Below are positions 19,224 through 32,676 of a stretch of 64,000 nucleotides of DNA, one piece after another. Source of the DNA: a virus (lineage: Duplodnaviria > Heunggongvirae > Uroviricota > Caudoviricetes); IMG/VR virus record IMGVR_UViG_3300028591_000088; one strand, given 5' to 3'. The notes under the pieces are model-generated. The model was not told the origin of the DNA and ran no database searches. It saw nothing but the letters and a program-made list of their open reading frames with translations. A program made the translations under genes and the position numbers. Positions within the stretch are counted from its first letter, which is position 1; the number at the start of each line of letters is the position of its first letter.

Positions 19224-21775
19224 TCACAATCTTCTATTATATTTTTCTTTTCAATTTGATCTCTTATCCAAGTATCTTTTCTTCTTTGTACCTGTAATGC
19301 CTCATCCCTTATAAAGTTTATATTGTCTCCTAGGGTTTTAGCTACTTCTGAATTAAATCTTTTCCAGATACCTTCCAAAGAACCATCAAATTCAAGGACA
19401 TTTTTAGCTTTGTCTTTTTTGTCAAAGATTGTATCTGTTACCTTTTTAAGGTCATCATTCTAAGCAAATAAAGAACTTAGTTCATAAGGTAAGTTACCTT
19501 CCATATACTATCCATATAAGTCAGCCACTGTTTCTTCTGCTAAGTCCATAGCATTAGCATTTGGATATCTCTTTACCCTCCTATTATATGCTTTTTGTCC
19601 ATTTTCTGTAGATAAAATCTTTTCTATAAAGTCAAGATAATTTTGTCTATAATCAGGATTAGATTTAAGTACTCCTAATAATAAGTGAGCATACTCGTGA
19701 AAAGCATCTGAAGCTCTAGCTGTAGCACTATTTATATAGATTGTTCCATCCTTAATAAATGCCTTAACTAGATTGATATCCTCAATTCCCATTTCAGTTA
19801 GTTTCTCTTCATTAACTATTTCGACAGGAACTCCAAATTTTTCCTTCATAGTACTTACTATACTACTTAATAATTGTAATACTGGAGTTCTTTTATTATG
19901 TCTCTTCTCAGTAACTGCCGTTTCATCAGTTTCGATAAAACGAATACGATATTTACCTTCATCTACCTTATAAGAAGTACTTACATAATAATATGTAGGT
20001 TGCTTAGTTTTTATATCATTTACAACTGCTTTAATTTTATCATTAACAGTAGTTACTTGTTTTTCTCCTTCTTGAGGTGCAGGATCTTCTCTAGGATATA
20101 TCTTATTTCCAGCTTCATCAGTAGTATTTAATACTCTGTTTATTTCACTCAGAAATATAGTAGCTTTTTCTGCAGTATCTATATCTGCATAAATAGCCTA
20201 TTTAGTAGTATTTAATAAATTAAGACTTTCTATATAATCATAGAAATCTTGGAGAGATTTATTAAGTAAGAAGAATTCTTCTTCCTACATACTTTGAGAA
20301 CGTAGATCTAAGGGCACATCCAAAGCAGAAAATATCGTACCTTCTGGAATAAATGTCTCGCTTAAGAAAGAACGTCCAAGACGAGGATCAACTTTTCCAT
20401 CTGTATATTCCTATTTAAGATTGCTGAAGGCATTTTCTTTTAACTTCTACTATATAAAGTGATTATCAATCCATTCCTAAGCCTCATCGATACTTCCAAA
20501 TCTCCTAGCTTGCAGTTTCTCATTTATAAAATATTTAGTTACATAGTAATAAGTAACAGTTCTGTCTCCAATTTCTTTGGTTTGACTGTATATATGATAT
20601 CCATTTCTATCTTCTTCCTTTGTAAAAGAAGCAACTGTATCATATCCAAATCCATAAGCTGATTCTAAAGTAGGATATCTATCCTCTAAAATAAGAGCTT
20701 TCTTGTCCATATGAACAGGTCTTAAAGCTAGAGGATTTTCATTGGGTTCTAATAAGGAATTAATAGCATTAAATAGAGTAGTCATAGCCCATTGATCTGT
20801 ATCATCCTCAGTATGTCTTGCCAAATATTTAGTTCTCTCCTCTATTAACTTAGCAAGAAAGTCCTTTTCTTCCTCATTGAGATTCTTGAGTTCTGATATA
20901 TATTCAATGGCTTCTCCAGCTTTTTTCTAAAACACTTCTAGCAAAGATTTCTGAGTCGTGAATATATGTGGATAAGCCTGAGAAAGAATAGCATTTAATT
21001 CACTAATTGTAAGAACCTTTTGTCCATACTTATTAGTTGTAAGACGTCTATTAAATTCATTTATAACTGGATTAGTATATCTTCTTTTAGCAGGAGTTCC
21101 TTTAATAGCACCTACTATATATGACATCCATACATACTAAGAAGCTCCATCTATTAAAGATTTATCCTTTTTAAATTCTTTAATATTATTAAGGTATTGT
21201 AAGATTGTCTCTTCTTTAGATAATCCTTGCTTTTCTGCTATCTTATTAAGGGCACCTTTAAGTTCTTCATCAAGAGTAGACTCATATTCTCCACTTAGTA
21301 CTTTCTCTCTAGTTTTTAGATAGTTAGAAAGTTTAACAAGTGAATCTTTATCTCCTCTTACTACGAATATTTCTTTTCCTTTTTTATCTAGAACTCTTCC
21401 CATCACAGGGAATTTAGAAGTAACATCTAGAGTATCAAGTAATAGTATGGGCACGTCTATATCAGGAAACTCTATCTCTGGATAAGTATCCTATATGTAC
21501 TTATAGCTTACATTAGGAACTAGTCCATCTTTTCCACTTATTTTTGCGTAAGTAACTGCAGTTGAAACTGCACTATTATCTTTTAAGTATTGTATAATAC
21601 TGTTCTTAATATCCTACCATTGCCCACTATGTTTAGATATTAATGCTGCTAATCTATCCTAAAAATCCTATGTAGGTAGAGAGCGTTCGCCCTCTACCCC
21701 ATAGAACTCTTCTTCTGGGAATGTGATTCTTAAATCAGTATCCCCAATTTTAAAAGTTATAGTACAATTTTTCAT
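19220..21775 (-). CDS. giant virion/ejection protein B (851 aa, code 15) with a zincin-like metallopeptidase motif
   Basis: Starts MKNCTITFKIG, ends NIIEDCE-TGA; GTIYIN...DAFHEYAHLLLG and downstream AEETVAD. Confidence 0.85.
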
Positions 21776-24700
21776 GCACAGTTAATGTCTAAGAATAATT
21801 TAGCCTATCTCATAAGTTCTGCAATAGCATGTATTGGAGAATTATCTAATTGTTCCTTAGTTCTAGTAAGAATGCTAGAATAAGGCTTTCCTAAAACGAA
21901 GTAAGCTCTATCTAAGAAGAATCTATGTAACTTCTATTCTATACCTTCTCCAGGTATTGCAGGAAGAATATCATCCATCTTTTGGTATCTACCATAGCCT
22001 ACATTTTTATAGTAGACTGGAAGTTTATCTTCATACATAATAACTACTGGATCTTTCTGTCCCTTCAAACTAGATACTACTTTAGCCTAAGAGATAAATA
22101 AGTCCATAGCAGTAAAGTCCATCATAGAATCTATCTCTGCATTAGAATAATCATGTTCTCCAACATACTTCAGATATCTGTTAATTATATTATCACCTTT
22201 ACTATCAAACTCTTTTATAAATCCTTCGAATATCTTAGTAAGACGGTCTGAACCATACTAATTCTTATTAACAATTAAGTTATAAAGAGCAAACCAATCA
22301 GAAAGAGCTACTCCTCCAATTTCATAGTTCTATAATTGATTAAGTCCCTTACTAAATCTAGATAATTGAACTCTAGTATAAGAAGAGTCTGAAGATATAT
22401 TTACATTAGTTTTCCAAATAGGAACATCCCTATCATTACCTCTCATTAATGACATAATAAATGGATTACGACTAATTGCTTCCTTAGTAGCGTCATCCCA
22501 ATCGTCATTAAATGTTCCAGCTTTCAATCCGGGAATTACTACATTTTCAAAATAATATTTAAAAGATGCTATTCCTTCTTCAGAATCCAAAGTAATGAAA
22601 CTATTTTTAACATTTCTTAATGTTCTGTTTCTATCTAAGATAGTACCTTCTACTGGGAATTTGAAGTTTCCATCAACAATAAACTATTGCATCATAAGAG
22701 ATGAAGCAAAACTTAAAATTCTTGGATAGTACTTCTCGTCAATATACAGTTTAGGACATTCTACTTGAATCTTACGTAAACATTCACTTAATATTCTACT
22801 CTTAACAGAGAATTGGTTCACAGTACATTCACCTCCCATTAGAGTAAACATGCTCTTAAAGTGGGGTAGTTTTGGAGCAATAGCAAATATATTTAGAGTA
22901 ACTTTTAGTTTATCATAATACTCTGCTACTCTCTGTTGATACTCCTCATCTTGAGTCCATCTAATAGGATCAAATCTACCTCCTGCTATATCAGCATATC
23001 TATCTTCTGCAGCTTCAATTAATTGTCCATCGGAGTTGACTATCTTCATATCTTTTTCTCTCTTAGTAATTATATTTTTAATATATGCTAAGAAAGCTTC
23101 CAAGTCCTCAGCTTTACCCTTTAGACCTTGGTTAATACTTAGAAGACGTCCGAAAGTACTAAACTCATCAGAACCTTCCATAACATTTTTAAACTCATTA
23201 AGATCTGCTAAAGCTTCGGCTCTTTGTGCAGCAGTTAGATTAGAAGGAATAATACTCTTTAATAAGGACAATCTATCTTTTGATCCTTGTATTTCATTTC
23301 CCTCTTCATCTACGTAAGATTCGGCTTCTTTGCTGCTATCATAGTTCTTAAGATACTTTTCAATAGCACTAATTGCTTCATCTACACGTAATTCTTGTCC
23401 AAGGAATACATTAGGATCTGATAATGAATCTATCCAAGAAACAGCGTTACTAGTCATGAATTTCACAATATCATTAACATTATAACCCATAGTCATCAAG
23501 AATAGATAACATTTTGCTAATTTACTACCTGCATTAATCTTAGCAAGGATAAGCTCTTTAGCATTATCAGTTGCTGCAGAAATCATTTGACTGATAATAA
23601 TATCCACAGGAATCTTAGATTTCAATTTTCCAGATTCTATATACTTAACTAAGTTAGGATCAGCAATACCTTCAGTATTTATATCAGGAAGAGTAGAAGT
23701 AGTTACTTGTCTCATTTGAGAAACACCGTTTACATCAGGTAAACTACGTCCAGCAATTCTGGTAGTAGTAAAGTCAAATCTTACTTGTTCTAGTGCCGAC
23801 ACTGGAGTAGGAAGTACTTCTCCAGCTTCGTTAACTGTATAATCAAATCCAAGTCTAGCAGTCTTATAGACATCATTTAAATGATACATCCACATAAATG
23901 CTCCTTTCTGACCAGTAGCTGATATAGCAATAACATTCTTACCAGTCATGTTCTGGTACTGCATTGTATAGACAGAAAGAGGATTAATAAGAGAAATTTC
24001 TAATGCTTCAGCACCCTTAGGAGAGCTATCTGCAGCCTTTCTTAAATCTTTCATTTCTACAGGTACATATGCATCTGCAACATTTCTAACATTCTAAATA
24101 GTATTCTAAATATGTACAGAAATGAAGTTTCTAAGAGCAGAAGCCTTTAAATCTGCAGGTAGAACAGTTGCATTATGATTATTTAATTGTGCTAGAATTT
24201 CTGGAGTTGAACCTTTAACTTTATTAGTATCTTCTAATTTATTAAGGATTCTAGCATAAGCTAAAATTCTCTGTGATTGAAGTTTACTAATTTCATCTCC
24301 ATTTGGAGAATTCTTTAAGGCTTCATCTGCCTATTTAATAATAGCTACATCATCAGAAATATCTATACCATCAGCAGCTTCTTCAAATACTACTCCATTA
24401 TTTGGAAGAGGTAGATATTCAGAAGCCTTTATAGTTTCTAAACTACTATAATTAAATAGACTACTCCACCCAATATAAGAACCATTATCATCAAAAGCAA
24501 GACCCATTATATAAGCCTTATCAATATCCGTTTTACCTTTTATTTTTCAATAAAAGACTGACTATATCATCACTCATTATTGAGTGCCTCCTACTTCGGG
24601 ATTTTGTTGCCTTTTTATAAATTCTTCTTTAGTATAATTATCTCTTATTTTATAAAGTAATGATGGAACTTGTTCTATATAAGGTCTTACTATAGATATA

Positions 24701-27700
24701 AACTTAGAACAATCTTCTTCACTACTAGAAGCTATAGAAAAAGTATTTTTTCCTTCTGGAAATTTTCTAAACTTAATATTCCATACTTCTAAGAAATAAT
24801 TAATAATAATATTAACAGTTGGTTCGTCCACACAAGTAGCAATTTTGATAGTATGTTGTATAGTACTTCTTTGTTTTGAAGTGTTTACGTTTATACACCC
24901 ATCATCCATATACCAAATTGCTATTCCTTGCGCGTTTAACCAATTTAAAAGCTTCCTAGTAAATGTTTTCTTTGGAATATAAACACTTCTACGAAGAGCT
25001 TTTATAGTAGGATTAATAGATAATTGAGAATAAAGAACTTTTTTACCTTCATTATATCCACATTTAGATATATATTCTTTAATTCCATTTACTTTAAATC
25101 CATAATCTGTTAATAATTTAACTTTCCATTCTAAAAACTCCCTTTGAGATTCAGAATGGCTTAATTTAAATACATAGTTACTAGAGATTGTACCATCTCC
25201 AAGTAACATAGCAATAAGTAAAGATTTCTTTTCTTTACTAATTTTAGCAACAATTTTTCTTTTCATACTACATAAATTTTAAACGTAAAACATATTTGTA
25301 GATGAAAAGTTCCCTACTCCCTTCCGGGATAGTCGATGAACTTTCATCCTTATAAAATTAAATATATAGATAAATTTATCAATTTACTAGTCTATATATA
25401 ATAATTTTATCTAGGATGCTTAGCTGCGGATTGTCCAATTTCTTTACCTTTTTACTTTACCTCAAATAGTTACTTTGAGCCTTTAGATGTATTTCTACTC
25501 TAAATTAGTAGTAAAGAACTCTAAGGAGTTTCCCGCAATTCAAGAGGTTTAATGACTACAATATTATTTATAGTCAGAACCTTGTAACCAGGTCTGCCAG
25601 TGTGATACATAAGCTAAGTTTGAACCTTCTGCAGTATAACCAATCTGTCTCATATTCATAAATGACTGTAATGTCTGAGCAGGAATACGAGAAGCTGTAT
25701 AGTATTGAGAACGTAAGAAAGAGTAGTATCTCTTTTCATTAAGTCTCATCTTTAATGCAGTAGTTCTATCATTTAGAATCTTAGCAATTGAACCTTGGTC
25801 CTTAACTTTTTCAAATTTAATAGTTCCTGTTTCTGCATCATATGATAAGTCAGGTCTAGTAAATTCTGTAGTATTAGGAATCTTACTAAATTGTTCAGAA
25901 ATAGCTTCTAGATAGTTAGAAAGTGTAGCATCATAACCAAAATAAAGTTTCTTTCCATCTTTATCAGTAGAAGAGAAACCTGCTAATAAAGCCTTTACTC
26001 TTTCAAGATTAGATTTCTTTATTTGTTGATTATTAACTGTAAATGCCTCATAAGAATCACATTCATAAATTTCCTTCATTAAATCTTGAACGTAAGTATT
26101 TATTTCATCATTTGTAGCAGTAGGCATTGTTCTTCTAAGTTCATCAATATTTATATTATAAACTTGATGTCTCTTTCCATTAGATTTAACCTCGTGTCTT
26201 GTTACAAATTCTACATATTCTCTTACTCCTCCATCTACATAGGAATACTTATTTTCATTCTTGGTAATTCTTTCTCCAGTAAATTTATCATAGAAGTATT
26301 TACCTTCCTCATTATAAGCAATTCTTGGTCTTCGCATATCTCTACCAATTCTAAATAGAACTTTCTATTCTTTGTTAGTAGCATATACTTCATGTACAAT
26401 ATTAGGATCCTTTACAGCTTTTCTACTTCTATCTTTCCAGTAAGTCCATCTATATGATACATCAGGAACTTCTCCATCCTCATCTGGTTGTGTAGAATCA
26501 AATGTTCTATCTAAAGATATGTAAGTATGATGACCATTAGCTTTGGTCATTATAAAATCATAGAAGTCTGGAGTAACACTTTGATGTACTTGTCTAGTAT
26601 TCTTAGCCTTTTTATTACCCTTTTCAATACCGTTCTTCATAACTTCTATCATAGATTCATCAACGTCTACACCGAAGCGAGATTGATAAATGTTAGACAT
26701 TATAAGTTCGGCAGGAGTATTATTAAGTTCTATAGAATTACCACTCCAAGTGTTCTTATCAAGTTCGTCAAGTAGTTCTTGTGTAGAAGAATACTCTTTA
26801 ACTCCATTAGCTAATTGTCTGTTTATATAGGCTTCTATACGAGCAGCAGCTCCAAGTTTACCATTCTTAACAAGTTTCTTATGGAACTATCTTAGTAAGT
26901 GTATACTATTAAAGATGTTATCAGTTCTCTCAACATCAGTAAGAACTTCTCCCTATTCTTTTTCGCTCCAAACAACAGCTTTTCCTTTATATGTCCACCA
27001 TATTTTGGTTGGAGCCAAGTTACGAGACTTATGGATATTCTTTCTAAATTGGAGAACCTTGACAGGAGCTCCTATTTTATCCTATATAAAGGCTCTAGGA
27101 TCTGCTTTAAACAAGTAATAATCAGAGATAGAATCTAAAGATATATCTTCCCACCATTGTTTACCTTCAGCATCTTGTACTAAAAGTCCAACATTGTCAG
27201 TAGGCATGAACTCTTCAGTATGTAAGTCCCAATCAGGATTTTCTCCTAATCTTTCAGTTACTTTATATTTCCATTTAAGAGCGTTGTAGTCATCAGTTTT
27301 CTTCATAAGATAAGCCTCAACTACAGCCTAATTCCATTGTTCAGTAGAAGTCCATTGTGTTGGAACTTTCTTACCATCAATGTCTTTTAAATTAGCCTCT
27401 TCTTGTGTATATAAAACTAAGTAATATTTATCCTCTGGATCTTCCTTACCTTCTTGTTTTCTTTTCTTGTATTGAGTATACTTTATAGTAGCATCTTTAA
27501 GTACATCTTTAAATTGGTACTGTCTTCCATCTATATCATAAACCATCATAATATTGAATCCAGGAGAAAGCACTGCTCCAAGTCCAGGATACTTTTTACG
27601 AATAGATTTATTAGTAATTATAGAAGCAAAAGTAGAAAGAATATTACTATAGATATTAGCATCGCTAAATGGAATCTTTAACTCATCTAGTTTATGACTA

Positions 27701-30700
27701 TTAGTAAGGTTAAACTTTCTCTTAATTTGATTAATAATAGATTCAGCAAGTCCAGCTTGTCCCCTAGCAGTAGACATATTATTGATAATAGTTCTACCTA
27801 TAATATCATAGAGAGCATCTCTAGTTTCTGGAGTAGGATTCAATTGGTAAGCTTGTATAGCTTCCATTTCTACAGCAGATTCCTCAAGAGCAATTTGTCC
27901 TAAGGCTTTGTAGATACCTTTTACATAACCATGTAGTCTACCTCCAGCATCAAGAGCAGAAATAACCTAAGAGAACTCAGTCATCTCAGCTTCATCAGCT
28001 TCATGGTCAGCATCCATCTGAATACCATAATATTCTGTTCCAAGAGTTATAGTATCAAGTTCCTCATTATTATAGAATCTATCTTCACTATTTCTGTTAC
28101 CTGCACCGTTCTTGATAGCACTATTATTACAAATATAGTCTATCATCAAGGTCTTAAGAGGTTGAGCAAAATGTGTTTGATTAAACTCTCTGGTTTTAGC
28201 TTCTTTTCCAGCCTCAGTAAGTACTGTAACATTATTAATTAGGTTAGCTACAACATAATTAGAAGCCTCAGAGTAATGAAGTTCTCCATCTACTATAGAT
28301 TCACTATTTATACCTCCAAATACTTGATGTGCCTCATATATAGATGACATTGTGTGTAAAGCAGGATTATTTTGCTTTTCAGTAAATAGCATATGATTAC
28401 TATTAGCATCAAAATAATGATACTTTCTAGTAACACCACTACCTAATCCCTGGTCATTTACTCTTATTTCATCTGTCCAGTAAACTCCATCTTCATAGCC
28501 AAAATCTACTATTTTATAATTAGTTCCCTCTGGTCCTTTATAGAATAAATCATTACCTCCAGTTAAATCTGTGAAAGTAATTTCTCCATCAGTTGTATGT
28601 GCAGCCACCTCAAGGATATTACCTTCCAATCCAGGAATAGTAGTCCAAGGTTTATTAGCCATTTTCTTGAACATATTTAACATATTAACTCTTGAACCTA
28701 TGGATTGTTGCATCATATTGTTAGTTATAGTATGTGCAGCAAACTTAACAAGAGAAGAAGTCATATGTTCCTTATCATAATAATGCCAAATAGGCTTTTT
28801 GACAGTACCTACTTCATTTTCTTGAAGTGACCAGTTTTCTAAGATAGATGTAATTGGGTTAATAAATGCAGCACCATCGTGTGAATCTACTGTACCATCA
28901 TCTCCAGTGAAGTTAAATACATCTGCTTGAATATCATTCATAATAGCAAGACGCATTGTTCTTGGAATACCTCTCAAGCTATTTTGAGTATAATATCTCA
29001 TGGTAGCAGGAATAATAACGTTACGTTTCAATTGCGCTCCCTGACCAGCAGATTCTACTTCATACATCTTCTTATCTATAACCTTTTTAACTTTATTTTT
29101 AGTTGAAACGTCAGCAATATTATCAATTAAATCATAAGCCTCAACAAGACTCATACTATCCCAGAATTCTTGAGCATCTAAACCTTTCTAAGTAGCAGTA
29201 ATGTTAATAGCTGCTTGTATATTAGCATCCTAGAAATTAACAAGGTTAGACTTATTATTTAAATCAAGAGCCTTAGTAATTACTTCATTTGGTTTAATTC
29301 CTATTAAATGCTTATTCTTATGGTTTATTTCTGAACCAGTAAGAAGCATACGAAGATTATTTCCAAGTAAACTATGTAGCATAAAGTACTTATCCAATAC
29401 AGGATTAAGTTCTACTGTAGTACCCTCAGGAATTAAATTATGTACAGTAATATCTTCGTCTCCAATTCGAGCTAAAGTAAGAGTTCCATCGCTTTGTATC
29501 CAGTTTTCAGATTCTCCAAATTCATTGAGAGCTTTAACCCAAATATTATCAGGATCTCCCTTTCCTTTAAATTTTCTGATACCTGTGATACTTATCTTAC
29601 TCTTTAATAATTGATTTAAGAATTTTCTTTTCTCGTCATTAAGTCTATCTTTAATACCTTGCTTAGAATAAACTTTAAATGCTTGATGATAAAGAGATTC
29701 ATTAAATGATAAGTATTGTTTGTCGTCACGTACTCTGTGTTTGTTATATCTGAAGTGAGTATCAGCTAGTATTTCACTAGTAACACCTTTACTTTTAGCT
29801 AAAGCTATAAGTTCTTGTTCTGTATAGTTATTAAGAAGTCTATCTATTTTAGATATCATCTATCTAACTATAGCCTCGTTTGTAGAAATAACAAAACCAG
29901 CATCATCAAATTGATATGCCTGAGCATATAAATCTTGCATATCAAATATTTGAGCATAATCTCTAAGTACATTACTTAAGATAGTTTTATAACCCTTACC
30001 AATACTGTTTACATACATTTCTTCTAGTTCAGTATTAGACATTTGAGTTATATCTTTTCCTCCAAATATTGTACTTACCATATAATTCACAAACTTAGTC
30101 TTATCAGAATAAGTAGTTGGTTGAATTATCATATATTTCTGACTACCTTCATTCTCTACTAAAGGAATTAAGAATTTATTAACTATAGAGTGATAGAAAA
30201 GTTCACCCTCAGTCATATTCTTAACTTGTTTTATTGTACCATCAGCTAAGCGTACATCAGTATCAATAACAGTACCTCTAATAGTAGAAGGATTATTCAT
30301 AAATATATTAGAGTCTAGTGGAAAATCTCCCCAAGCAGAGTCTCTTTGATGTTGAGCATCCTTAATAACAGTATGTAAATTACCTCCCATAAAGGAAAGT
30401 CCATAGTTAGGAACGCTATCTCCATCCAAATTCTTTGTATTTGCTTTGGAAATTTCTCCAGACATAATCTATTTAACAGTTACATAGTTATCAACCCAGT
30501 CCTAAGAATAACTTATAGTAATAAGGTCTGGTCCCATAATACTTGGTTCCCAAATAGTTCTCCAATCAGTATCAGTTGGGTCAAGTCCGAGAATAGTATC
30601 TCTATAAACTTTAGTTTCCTTTATAAATTTATCAAATTGACTAAATGTATACTGATTATTTTCTCTAGCCTTAATAAATTGATTATGAATATCCCTAACT

Positions 30701-32676
30701 ACCATACCTCGTACAGCAGTTAAAAGAGCTTCTATTGGAGAACCTTTAAAGTTTCTTTGGAATATATCAAATTCTAAAAGTCCATCCTATGTAGATGTAA
30801 ATGATGTTCCAGTAAAGAAGTCTATAAAAGAAAGTAACTTCATAAAGACATCATCTCCAACACTATTTATAAGATTTTGTCTTTTAGCCTTAGTACTTAT
30901 GTCTTTATTCTGTAATAAAGAAGCGACATCCTCTTCAGCTCCCGTAGCTTTATTCCTAAGTACTACAGTAACTCCTTTTGTTTCTTGTCTCTTAGTAAGA
31001 ATACCGTAAGGATTTTGAACTAAGTCTATACCAATATCCAGAGTATAATCTCCAAAATCAATTGAATACGAACCCGGGCTTGATTTTAAAAATCTATAAG
31101 GATTTGCTAATTCTTCTAGATTCTAATTATTCTTATTAATAGCATTAATCATATCAAACTTTTGCTTATTAGTTTGATATTTCTTTTTAATATTTGTTAC
31201 ATACTTATTATTATTAAAGTCATATGTAGTCTATAAATAAGCCATTTCTATACTAGAAGCTATCTAAGCAGCTAAACTTTCTACAAGAGGATATCTATTA
31301 GCTAAACCATGAGTTCTATTATAAGCAGCCTCAATATTAAATAATGAGTTATTACCATGGTATAGTTGCTCATATACAGCATCAAATACCTTCAACTCGT
31401 AAGGATTAATAACATCCTTTAATAAGAACTTTCTAACAGACTCATATTTATTTATAATACTTAGTATATCCCTTAACTTGTTTACAGGGTCCTAATTAAA
31501 GGTAGTTATAGCATTATAAAGTAACCTTAGATTTTGGTCTGCACCATATAATTGTTGTACCTTTCCAAATAAAGAAGTGAACGCTCCTAAGTAATTAACT
31601 GGGGTTAAATAGGTATCATCTATAGGAATACTCGAAATAAGGAATTTAGAGAAATTACCCATTTCCTTTAGTGCATCACGAACATCTACCTGCCAACCAT
31701 GCACTCTATTTTCAGTGTCCTTACCAAAGCGATACTTGTAGTGTTTTACTCCATCAGCATCTACTTCAATAGGAAATTCTTGATCTTTATTTCCTGTTAT
31801 ATAAGTACCTATAGCTTCTTTAGCTAACTTATCGAAGTAAACAATAGAAAGGTAAGCATTTACAGCTTTATAAAGTCCTTCATCACTATTAGTTTCTCCA
31901 CTAAGACTAGCCTACCATCCTTGTTCTATTTCATCCTCAAGGGTTCCTATTCTTCCTTTATGTATTACTAAATTATAGAATCTATCTAAGGTATTTACAT
32001 AAGTTGCAATAGGTTTATTTTGTCTGAACATAGAATTAGGTAGTCCCTTAGCTAATCCTAAAGAACTTAAATATCTATAAACAATAAGATATTGATTAGC
32101 CATAAACTTTTCTATGTTCTCATTAAGAGTTTTCTGACTATCAACAATAGAACTATCCTTTAAAGTCTGTCCTATTCTAACCACAGTAGCAAGACCTAAC
32201 TCTCTTGTAAAGTGGGTTTTAAATGCTTCTCTAGCTGGAAGATTGTTCACAAAGAACTTGTCAAACATCTTATTAAGACGTTGCGCAGCTATTTCTTCAC
32301 GACTAGCTAATTGTCCATCTATAACTGCAGAAAGGTCAACCTCCTCGTCACGAGTAATTCCTCCTTTAGAGTAAAGTTCCATTCTTACATTTTCTAATAT
32401 TAATTCAGAATCTTTTCCACCCTTTTTAAGATCCAATTCTGGATTGTTTTTATCCGCAGCTTCTAAAATATTGGCTAATTTTCCTGTAAGAGTCATTACA
32501 GAATCCTTAAAGTTTTCAGGGCTTAAGGATTCATCAGCAGATGTACTAAAATTAGTATTGCCATATAAATGCTCCATTAATCCAGTAATTACATCTTCGA
32601 CGTTATGGAGTTCCAGTATTTCTGCTGGAACTCCTACATCGTCAAATTTTCCAAAATTTGGTAATTTACACGTCAT
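21772..32676 (-). CDS. virion RNA polymerase (about 3287 aa, code 15), two exons: 32676-25570 and 24528-21772
   Basis: Spliced junction gives WLQGSDY|DIDKAYIMG (DxDxD); also SRIPAQTLQSFM, DSHDGAAFINP, GIQMDADH; starts MTCKLP, ends LDINCA-TGA. Confidence 0.9.
24529..25569 (-). mobile_element. group I self-splicing intron (1041 nt)
   Basis: The 5' exon ends in U and pairs with the IGS (UGACUAU/GUAGUCA, U-G at the splice site); the last intron base is G. Core-like segments GAAUUGCGGGAAACUCC, AAUCCGCAGCUAAG, GUUCAUCGACUA and GAUAUAGUC are present. Removal keeps the frame. Confidence 0.92.
24577..25266 (-). CDS. intron-encoded LAGLIDADG homing endonuclease (double-motif)
   Basis: LLIAMLLGDGTI and IAIWYMDDG; lies between the R-like and S-like intron elements. 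Confidence 0.9.
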   Translation of the reverse strand: MKRKIVAKISKEKKSLLIAMLLGDGTISSNYVFKLSHSESQREFLEWKVKLLTDYGFKVNGIKEYISKCGYNEGKKVLYSQLSINPTIKALRRSVYIPKKTFTRKLLNWLNAQGIAIWYMDDGCINVNTSKQRSTIQHTIKIATCVDEPTVNIIINYFLEVWNIKFRKFPEGKNTFSIASSSEEDCSKFISIVRPYIEQVPSLLYKIRDNYTKEEFIKRQQNPEVGGTQ

